A DNA stretch of 64,000 nucleotides. Source: Haliotis rufescens. Its lineage: Eukaryota. This document shows, in pieces, positions 51,789-62,122 of the stretch (position 1 is its first letter; each line of letters begins with the position of its first letter). Under the pieces are notes generated by a model. The model saw only the letters and a program-made list of their open reading frames with translations. It had not been told where the DNA came from and did not search any database. The position numbers were made by a program, and so were the translations under genes. The stretch is from the NCBI RefSeq assembly GCF_023055435.1, contig NW_025963779.1:83886001-83950000 (forward strand), read 5' to 3'.

Positions 51789-52220
51789 GCGGAAGGACAG
51801 CAGGGCTTGTTAACCGTTACTTTGTTCCTGGCGCCCCCTGTCCAGCTGGACTTCCAAGGTTTAATCCGCAAGGATCCCGCAGATACCAAAGCGTTCCGGC
51901 CTCAGATGCTGCCGTAGGCGATGTTCCCGGTGCTGAAGCCTCCGCAGACTGTTTGTGACGCTGTACTCAGTCCTGTCACCGACAAACGCAATCAGATGTA
52001 ACCAGTAATAGAAGACGTCTTATCAGCATCGCCTGCGTTGACTACTCCGCAATGGGGCGCCACCTGCACTTGTAGCCCACCATAGATCTTGTCAGGACCA
52101 ACAGATTCATCTGATGCGATCTGTATCATTAGACAGAACGGGTGGCGTTTGTGTATAAACTGAATTTCCCCTCGAACGACGAGGGTTTTGTGTGCTATGA
52201 ATTGCTTATTAATAATATGA

Positions 52221-52496
52221 GACCCGTGAAGATTCCGTGGTAGAATAGGTCTTCAGCAACCCATGCTTGCCGTAAAAGGTGACTATGCTTGTCGTACAAG
52301 GCGACTAACGGGATCGGGTGGTCAGGCTCGCTGACTTGGTTGATGCATGTCATCGATCCCAATTGCGTGGATTGATGCTCATGATATCAATCACTGGATT
52401 GTCTGGTCCAGACTCGATTATTTACAGACCGCCGTCATATAGCTGGAATATTGCTCAGTGCGGCGTTAAACAACAATCCAAACCAAAACCAAAAAA
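52221..52496 (+). mobile_element. Retroposon family C, complete, double-hairpin variant
   Basis: Begins GACCCGTGAAGA; 14-bp TSD tattaataatatga at 52207-52220 and 52497-52510. Confidence 0.92.
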
Positions 52497-52689
52497 TATT
52501 AATAATATGAAGGGTTGCATTTCTAATGAGTGAGTGAGGTCATGTTGTTTTATGCCGGTGTGGACCGTGTTCCAGCAGTGTCATGGCGAGGATTACCTGT
52601 ATCAATCAGTGTTAAACGTGTGGAATTAAAAGCAACAAAACCCTTTCCATATTCATGAGAAAACAGTTGTACAATTCCGATTTTATTAT

Positions 52690-54545
52690 GAGCATGTGTT
52701 TATGAATCACTATTAAACAGTGATGATGCCAGGTGTGCCACCGGTGGCACTCGTCACAAACACATGCAAAGGCATTGCAATTGTTCACTCGAAACAACAC
52801 GGGAACATGTGGTACATGTGAAAATAAGGAATTGCGTCAGACATCAGTCTTGTCACTGCTTTCCAAATTTGTAAATGTCCTTAAAATGTCTACCATAACA
52901 CGTTTTGAAAGCTTACTGAGGCCTTGAATTTTGTAAACTTGATCAATTTAGAGCAAGAGTCGTATGACGCATTTGGAAATCGTCGTGGAAAGAGTATCAT
53001 CGATTGTACCTCAAAAGCTGGAATATAGTTCTACATAAAGGGAAGGTTGACTATTGGAAAGTCGAAGTCATCCATCTTGTCATTCGGTATAGTGTGGAGA
53101 TTTCTGAATCGTTATGCACAGATCTAAATATGCAACAGTCGGTTCACTGATCTCCTTCACAACCAGTACACGTGTTTAAATCAGTGGAAGGGAATTAGCT
53201 ATTGATGGTTATTGAACGATATCATATCATCGATATATACCTGAAGATTAAGACTTGCAAATCCGAGCAGAAATTCCGATTCATTTGCTGAAAGAAACAG
53301 ATCCGTAAGAAGGGGATCACAATTGGTGAGATGAGGTGAGGTGAAATTGGGTTTAACGTCGCGTCCAAGATTATTGCACTTATATAGCGACGTGCATGCA
53401 CGTGTGTGTGTGTGTGTGCTTGTACTAGACCGGACTGATGCCGATTCATAGTGCTAGCCCACTGAGATACCATGCCGCAGTTTAACATGAATACCCCACT
53501 CAGACACAGTATACTGACTCCGAGCCGACCAGTCCTTGCTTTAACCCTTAATGCCGAGCGCCAGACAGGGTTACAACAAGTACCATCTTTTAACGTCTTT
53601 TGGTATGACGCGGCCGGGGATCGAACCCCGGACCTTCCGCTCTCCGCGCGAACGCTCTACCACTAGACCACGGAGGCGGTCGATCACAATTGGTGCCGAT
53701 GGGTATACCTACTTCTTGCCCAAATGGCTCACCACCATTATTACATAGTTGTTATCAACGAGGGAGACAAGTATTTCACATTGTTTTCTCAGTAATCTTC
53801 AGATGGCATTTGCTTTCATTTTAGACAAATTGTCCTGAACCTCTGAAGACAGATAAGCAACTAACTATATCTATGGTCATCACGTTTAGTAACAAACGCC
53901 CCATGGGTCAAGGAATGCAGTCTTTCCTCAAGTTCATCATGCGTGATGGTGGTGTACAAAATTGACAAAATTAAATGTTGTGACGGAGCTGATATCTTTT
54001 CTGAGATTGATAAAAGTCAAGCAAATTGTTGGAGTTTTTTAGAAATCACGTGGTATTCATTCCTCGATTGTATTATAGATTATTGTGAATCTTTGAGACA
54101 GGGATTTCCTGGTACATTTGCTGGACCCAGCAATATATCTCTCTTTGACTAGATTTTATGGAACTTTGGAATGCAGTAAAAAGACAATTGTCATGTCCTC
54201 AGGCTTTAGAGTCAAGTCAAAATTTGCTAGGACTGATGCGTGGTTTCAACAGATTTCTTACTCAGTTAACACAGTCTTACATTCTTTGAAAATCTACAAT
54301 CTGGTCCAAATTGATCTGCTCTCTAATGGACTGGGACAGGTACCTCCTGTGAACAGGGCGGAGTTATGCAGTTTGATAGATAAGGCAAGATGTTACTGGT
54401 TGTCCAGGATAAGTTGGACCAACTCACGGGTATGAATCACTATCAAGCAGTGATGACACCAGGTGTTCGCGAAAAGGTGAGGGTATCCTGCCCCATCGGT
54501 GGCACCCGTCACAAACACATGCAAAGCCATTGCAATTGTTTTTGT
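52690..54545 (-). mobile_element. Decayed 5'-truncated Penelope-like retroelement (Naiad-like layout) with pseudo-LTR direct repeats
   Basis: Minus-strand remnants ASKCT, KNS, LYTTI, GIPIGTNCDPLLTDLFL (split by a SINE), YIDD, DKMDDFDFPIVNLPF, AFKTCYGRH. Direct repeats at ~52701-52783 and ~54431-54540. Confidence 0.85.
53329..53681 (-). mobile_element. SINE family D, full length, nested in the PLE RT
   Basis: Intact A and B boxes; 14-bp TSD gatcacaattggtg at 53315-53328 and 53682-53695. Confidence 0.94.
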
Positions 54546-55664
54546 AGTCGGTGCACAGGGTTTGGGGCAAACATATTTGGTTACGCATGTTGTGCACGTG
54601 CAGGCCATGACGATGAATTTATCTACGCTCCCGTGGTCACACGTGTTGTTCATAAGACTATTAAGAGGCCGGTGTGAAAAGTTGATACGAGAATTCTCTG
54701 AAAGTCGTTTAATAGAAGTTAATTACAAACAAATGTCAAAGATAGGTAAGCATGGCCAAATCATACATTCTCAGGCTCGAGAATTGGCCTTTAATAAATT
54801 ACATCAGACTGTGAAAACTTGTGCTATGATCCAGTTGTCTCAATATAAATTCAGCTACCAAAATTACTTTTACGGCATGCTGAAACCCCACAAACAATCA
54901 CATGGGGTTCACTAAGGAGAATATCATTGAGTCAACTATCACCACGTTAAGGTCTCAAACTTTCACAATCATTTGATGAATGACATGACACTATTCATTA
55001 TTGCTCCCTGGGGTAAAACATGTATTCCATTTTTTTACAGGAAATGAAGTTCTTTCTTTGTCACGATACTTCTCAATTGTCGCTATCTATGCAAATTTGC
55101 TGTCACCGTTTTCACAGTTATCGGGTACTATTATGTGCTATTGAACTCGCCACTAGGACTCGTTGCTAGCCGAGACAAGACACAAAGTCCATCGTACTAC
55201 TTGTCGCGGACCAGCTACCCCTTTCTTCACAATTGTACGCTCCAGTGAGCGGACCTCATACATAGTTATCCCGGGTGAATTGTCAGGTCACAACTCAACT
55301 TATCCTGGCTTACCCATAGATTTCTTGTCATATATTTTATATATATATGGAGTATATAGCTTTGCCAGTAACACCACAACCTCCGTCTTCCTTCGACAAA
55401 CGTATCACATAATTACTACGCTTATGAATTTCGAATCATCAACCAATCAAAATGCCTCTTCTTGACCTACGTATAGATCTCCTTTCTTGTATTTGAGATG
55501 CGACGGCTAAGACGAGTCATGCATACGCCATACCGCCACTCGTTTGAATCATGTAACAGGAGCGTTATTTGATTGGGTTGCTATTGTCTTAGTCGTGTTA
55601 CTGGGACGGGACTCATCCTCGTTTGTCCACTGTTTATATCTCAATTCTATTACGATAAATGCCC

Positions 55665-55777
55665 TGGAAGCCGTTCAACACAGCGATCGTAGCGCCAAGC
55701 CGATCGTAACTCCCATACTTTAACATACACTTACGACAGTCTTAGCGCTACGATCGCTTTGTGGAACCGGTCCCTGG
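55665..55777. mobile_element. Palindromic MITE related to 36403-36509
   Basis: agcgatcgtagcgc(c)aag / cttagcgctacgatcgct inverted arms. Confidence 0.72.
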
Positions 55778-57578
55778 ACCAATTCGTCACCACAGCTTCG
55801 TTTTCGAGGTGACTTCACATTCCTTGTCTCTTGTCACTAACTTCTGTCGCGCATGGATATAAGGTGACCAGAGGGTTAATTCTAGCATCGTGTCACTCGG
55901 ATGGGGTCAAAACGAACCTACGCGAATAAGCACAGGATATTTATCCTAAAAGAATGTGGATAGAATACTCTGGGTAATTATCGAGTATGTATTCTATTGA
56001 CAACAATGAAGACAACGCTTTAATGTAAGTGTTTCAGTGGCATCTCATTGGCTAACTAAGCAATTGTTTTTGCGTTTATGTTTCAATAATGTTTCAAATA
56101 TATGTTTCAAATAGGTCACGCTCACTAACGGATTACTGTTTCCTGATTGGCTGATAATGGAATGGGCGGAGCTTGTGTAGCATCCTACCTCTGAATATGT
56201 CTCGGGGTCCGTATTCTTGTCTACCGTTTGTTTACTGCTAATAATTAACTCAAGTCTGTGAAGTTATTATTTTTTTAAGTATTTATTTTGAAGATTTGAC
56301 TTCAATATGTTTTTTCCGCTCATGGAGGTATGCACATAAACTTCGTGCACACTTTGGGTAAATCCGCTACCATGAACGTAAAACAATATTGAGGTCATAT
56401 CTTAAGTACTTCTGAAGCATATTGAAGCACATTGAAGCACATTGAAGCGATATGTTGGAGTTGACAGGTACATGACATACATGTCACTTGAAGCTATGTG
56501 TTGAGTCAGCTTCGAACGCTACTTAACATTAAACTATACACTTTGAAATGAAAGTCGTTGAAATCCAGAGACCGTATGCAGATATGTTATCACAAAGTAG
56601 CGTTTTGGAAGTGCATTATGTCACTGAAAGAACGGATCAAAGTTCTATCATTTTATTGAACATGTTATTCCTTGACGCGGCGGTACAAAACCAATATCTT
56701 GTTTCTGAATTGAGAGGAACTAAAAAGGATAATGGAAAAAGATCAAAGAGAATTGTTAATAGTTACTCGATCAAACTAGCTGACAGAAGCAAAACATTTC
56801 AACAAAACTTCATAAAAAATCTCTTGCATTTTTATCGAGGGAGCATCTCAAAACCAGTGTGACGATAATATTGAAATGTCTCGTGGCGCTGGTCATCGCG
56901 CATGCGTGTCAAGATTGGAAAAAACACACTATGCAAAATCATTTTTTGCAAAAAAAGGAAGATCGGGTGGATAGTGAAACATTCCGAGACTCAAATGTCT
57001 TCTAAACGTTAGTTCCTATGGTGGAGTTTGTTGGTAACCCTGGGCTGTGAACTTCTACGTAAATGTCAGACAGACATTGGCGGCTACAGCCAACCCTAAG
57101 GGCGTCACCATGCCATGCATCTTTAATGAGTAAATACCACACTACAGAATCAATGGCGGAAAATAACTGCAGAAACCGTCGTGTCAAATCTTTGGGATGG
57201 GTCTGAAGCGGAACAGGATGTTTGCAGCAGTAATTTTTAGAATTTATGTTATGATATTACGTCATAATCGTCTTTACACGTCAGTATTTGCTGATATGAC
57301 GGCGTGACGAGCGTATGAGCCTCAATTCATTGCGTCGAGGAATAAAGACACACAGCCAAGTCCCATCCGAGAGATGCACTCCCTGGTCGTCCCCCATAAA
57401 CACCACCCCCAACCACACCACCACCCACCCTACCCCACCCCATCCGGGTGTATTCCTATGCCTAGTGTGCCCAGTCGGGTGGTAGGGTGGTCTCAACCAT
57501 CCATCTCGCTATGATGCCATTTACCGACCTGGGATGAGTTTGTTGGTGGTTCTAGTCCGAGATTCGTCAGAGCTGTGA

Positions 57579-57732
57579 GTGAGTATGGCACCGCTTCTTA
57601 GCAATACTCCAGCAATATTACGTCGGGGGACACCAGAAATGGGCTTCGCACATTGGACCCATGTCGGGAATCGAACCCAGGTTTTCGGCCTGACGAGCGA
57701 ACGCTTTAACCACTGGGCTACCCGACCGTCCC
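57579..57732 (-). mobile_element. SINE family B, full length
   Basis: TSD tcagag(c/t)tgtga at 57567-57578 and 57733-57744 (one mismatch). Confidence 0.9.
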
Positions 57733-57791
57733 TCAGAGTTGTGATCCTCGGTATGTCACGGGGCCATGCACGCGATGGTGGGTCTCGTCCA

Positions 57792-58030
57792 AGTGAGTAA
57801 GTGAGTATGGTTTAATGCCGCTTTTAGCAATAATAAAGCAATATCACGGCGGGTACACGTGTGCGTGCGTGTGTGTGCGTGTGCGCGCGTGTGTGCGTGC
57901 GTGCGTGCGTGCGTGCATGCTTGTGTCTCTGTGCTCTGATTTATGTCGGGTTTATAGTGCTAACCCACTGATGTACCACACATCAGTTTAACATGGATAC
58001 CCCACTCAGACACAGAATACTGACTCCGAC
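57792..58030 (-). mobile_element. Family B tail fragment joined through (GCGT)n to a family D body fragment
   Basis: B-type tail at 57792-57855; D-type tatagtgctaacccactg..cccactcagacacagaatactgactccga at ~57945-58030. Confidence 0.75.
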
Positions 58031-58524
58031 CCTGAAATTAAAAATTGTTCTCGGGTCCATTTTGACTTTTCTTTTGATTTAGTGGACACATAATTTGTTC
58101 AAATGAGATAACTTTATTTCTGGGACTAAACGTTAGTCTCGGGACATGCTAGCCGAGGGACGTGAGACATGACCTGAGCATGAGACAAATCAGGTCCAGG
58201 GCACTGCTGCGGTTTTACTGCATTTATCATCATTTATCTAGAAGGTTCGTGCTTTCCACCTCACGATTGGAAACAAATTGGATATATTTTTAAAGCATTC
58301 TTGAAAACATTAAATCTCGTAAATTAGCTAAGGCGCTTTTCTGTCACTGCAATGCAATATAGATATGGTGTCCATGAATAATCATGTCCTGTACAACACA
58401 CGTCCATTTGGAGTTTAGATTCCTGGGTTGAAGAAAAATGGACAGATAAATGGAAATTGACATGCTTTTGTGTATCGATACTTTTGTTTTGAACATGATG
58501 AGTTACGTGTGGCCTCACAATAAG

Positions 58525-58684
58525 TGAGTGAGTATGGTTTTACACCGCTTTTAGCAATATTCCAGCAATATCACAGCGGGGGGACCACAAATGGGCTTCA
58601 CACATTGTAACCATGTCGGGAATCGAACCCGGGTCTTAGGCGTGACGAGCGAACGCCTTAACCACTAGGTTACCCGACCGCCGC
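58525..58684 (-). mobile_element. SINE family B, full length
   Basis: TSD cctcaca(a/t)taag at 58513-58524 and 58685-58696 (one mismatch). Confidence 0.9.
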
Positions 58685-59002
58685 CCTCACATTAAGAATG
58701 TAGAATATCCAGCCATTTTCAAAATAAATGATCGTGAATAAAACACGACCGAGACCGACACAAATCCCAGACATGGGCACCACTAAAGGCAACTCCCGAG
58801 ACCCAGTCCAACACCTAAATATTTAATCTCAGTTAAACCCCTTAAACCTAACTTAAACCCCTTAAACCTAACTCAAGCGTAACCCGAACACCGCTTCAAT
58901 CGCCTAAACTGGTTCCAATTCTCTTACAAGACTCAAATCCAATTCTCTAATCAAACTCCATGTTTCACAACGAACCTTCAAACCTTATCACGAATACACG
59001 CA

Positions 59003-59121
59003 GGCGGGGTAGCATAGTGGTACAAGCTGGAAGTCCGAGTTCGAATTCTAAATTGAGTACACTGTGTAGCTCTCATATTGCCGCAACATTGCCGAAAATG
59101 GCGTAAAACTATACTCACTCA
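59003..59121 (+). mobile_element. SINE family B, heavily deleted
   Basis: gggtagcatagtggt, gagttcgaa, ggcgtaaaactatactcactc. Confidence 0.6.
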
Positions 59122-59362
59122 CCACAACTACAGTAGTAGTAAAGTAGTAAAATGGTTATTAAAGTGTCACACGCACAACATGTACAATATACAACTCCCC
59201 AAGCCCAATCCGAACTTAACGCTAACCCTTCAACCCATTGCCCCTCCTAGCCCCGACTACTTAATCCTTATCTAAATCCCCAACCCAACATACAACCATA
59301 CCCCGCATCCCATCCAAATTTCAACCTACCCCAATCTAACTCCTAAAAACCTATCCCTCCCT

Positions 59363-59401
59363 CCCCAGCCCCAGCCCCAGCCCCAGCCCCAGCCCCAGCC
59401 C
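59363..59401. repeat. (CCCCAG)n hexamer repeat at the end of a C-rich tract
   Basis: Direct reading. Confidence 0.9.
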
Positions 59402-60489
59402 AAGTAGTGGCCCCAGCGGTATGCGGCCACTACTGGAGAAATCTTTATTTTCGCCCAGATGATTCTTGGCCCTATATTGTGTTTTTAAAAAGTGCCCAGT
59501 GATCGGGAGTTACCGAACTGGAGCACGGGCAGAATGATAGTATTGTTGTTATGATGCCCATTTAAATATAAACATATCGATTGCAATAAAGTAAATATAA
59601 CTTCCTAATGCTTTTAAGAGATTTACTGCGCTCTTTCAGAATTTCAAAGACACACTGGCAATAAATCCATCAAGATTCCGAGAAATCACTGTTCATCATT
59701 TCAGCCTAAATAACTACATGACGACTTGCAGAAGGAAAGGGCATAAACGTTATCGCTTCGATGGGAGGCAACTCTAGGTCACGTTTCAAACGCTCGCAAG
59801 GGGTCACTTTACAGAGACCTTCAGAAACGCTCTGGTGACTCTTCTGAACAGGAGGGAGAATGAGGTGGATGATGGAGGTTGCGCACGCAACGTTAACAAG
59901 TCACGTGGAAATAATGGCGGTTTCGGGGTTTGGCGGTTCATATGTCCGAAAAAGAGGGCAAGGGAGGGCAAATTTAGCCTGACCAGTCCTGACCACAGTC
60001 TAATTTCAGTCTAACTCCACGCCTGCGGGTATTTTCCGGGGCCGTGTATGGTAGAACATTAATACCCGTATCTGATAACAGATCCGTTCTCGTGTGTCAT
60101 TTTAGTGAGCACTATTACAAACTTAGTGCCGACTTTAAACAAATAATACGAGAGACAGGTGGTCTTGATACGTTGAATTTTGTTGGATAATATGTTCCGA
60201 TTTAACTTTTGTAATTCAAGATCCGTTAACACCAAGATTCGATGGATAGGAATACAAGTCTGGAATTCGTGCCTTGTCTCCGCCATTGTTGCGCTGTGAC
60301 GTATGTGCGCTCTGTTGTCATTAGATCTAAGCAGGTTATATATTACATTGTTTTTGTTTCTGATGAATACAACAAAGCAGTTAAAACAAGCAAAACACAT
60401 AAGAAACTCACTATTCATTGCACATTGCAGATAAGAGGCTCATTGTTGCACTGCACAGTCAATGATATCGGATTCTTCTACATGGACGT

Positions 60490-60708
60490 GACCCGGGATG
60501 GAATAGGTCTTCAACAGGCCATGCTTGTCGTAAGAAGCGACTATGCTTGTCGTAAGAGGCGACTAACGGGATCGGGTGGCCAGGCTCGCTGACTGGTTAG
60601 CGCATGTCATCCTATCCCAATTGCGCTCAATAACCGGATTGTCTGGTACAGACCGCCGTCATATAGCTGGACTATTGCTGAGTGCGGCGTCAAACAACAA
60701 ACAAACAA
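60490..60708 (+). mobile_element. Retroposon family C, double-hairpin variant
   Basis: Starts GACCCG; two tandem TGCTTGTCGTAAGA(A/G)GCGACTA; shared tail with (AAAC)n. Confidence 0.88.
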
Positions 60709-62122
60709 GACGGATGAGGTGTCCATCTAAGGTAGGTCACGTGTTTCCGGCGATGGAGATGTCAGTCACAGATGAGGTCTCGGCGGCTGATGTTACTGGC
60801 TGGGTTTGTGTAGATCTCAACCCGCAGTGACAAATTGCCGTCACTTTCTCCCGGGATCTGTCTGCACCAGAACAGAACGTCAACCCACGAACTACATACA
60901 TATATTTAGCAGTAATTTGATGAAGACAATATTCAGTGATGATTTTGATAACGATATATATCAATAGTTCGAGGTTTCATTTTATATTTGTGTTGTTAAT
61001 AAAAAATATTAAATACGTGGTATTCAAACGTGGTATTAGAATGGGAATTATGTACGTGCAATAAAGTCAAGATCGACATCTGGAAACTAAAGCACTGAAA
61101 GCATCCGAGTTCGTTTGTAACATTGTCTGATGTTGGACATGCATCGATGAGTGCGATCCACTTTTCAAGACAACCGCACAAGTCGCACGGACGGAATAGT
61201 GCTACAAGTTGTTACAGAGAGTACTGAAACGGGGTGCATATAAAACCTGAACTCGTCAAAAAAACGAAATAAGATTTCCAGCCATGTTCAGCATATAGAG
61301 GAACGTCCCCCACCCCCTCTAGGGGCTGACGCTAAACCTATTACACACGGTGGATGAGCAGAATGGCGGTCCCTACACTCTCCGGTGTGTAGACTTAGGT
61401 TTATGTCAGGAAAAAGTGTAAAACTAAACCTAATTAAAATGTCTGCACACATGATAAATAAGCTTCGACGGGAAAACGAATTAGCAGGTCCCTGTGTAAC
61501 GGGGAGAGTGTTATTTCTGTCAGTTAGGCCGCCGACAGTCAGACGCAGTGCTTGTTTTCCAGCGCTTGGCAAGTTTTTTTTCGACGGGATGTCGAATTCT
61601 TGAGTATTTCTCCAGAAGAAAAACAGGATATTTTCTCTCTTTCCCTTCTGTTTCTCAAGGCGCCGTGTTATGATTCTGCCATTTCCAATGTTGATCGATG
61701 GGATGAAATATGCATAGCTAATTTTCTTCTCGTTTGGATTCAATCGATGTTTGCTTTCAAAGACTTCGGCCATACGTCCTCTTGTTTTCACAGAACTCGG
61801 CTTCCATAATATGTTCTGCAGTTTATATCGGATTATGTTTTCAAGTCGTTTTTATTTGTCAAATGATTATTGATACGATTTCCATATTTATGAAACGTAA
61901 ACACTTTGGCCAGGCCTGATGGAAGATGCAGTGGTGCTCAAGTCAGCAGCTTCAGTATCAACCCAAACTTTACCGGACGTGTACCGCTACACTGATGTAA
62001 GTTATGCGCGGTAGTTATAAAACATATGACCTGCGCTATTCCTGGCGTCACATGCAATACTTGTCGAACCAGATCACTCCCTTTTAATATCCATGACAGG
62101 GGCCGGGTTAGTCAAAACGTTT

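Noticed and set aside
51790-52200. GC-rich possible coding exon, with two CTCF-like motifs
   Set aside because: No frame with compatible splice sites or recognisable homology; isolated motif matches are too weak to call.
54449-54480. Hammerhead ribozyme (gTGATGA...GAAA)
   Set aside because: Lacks the conserved C of CUGANGA, has no convincing stems I/III, and lies antisense to the RT.
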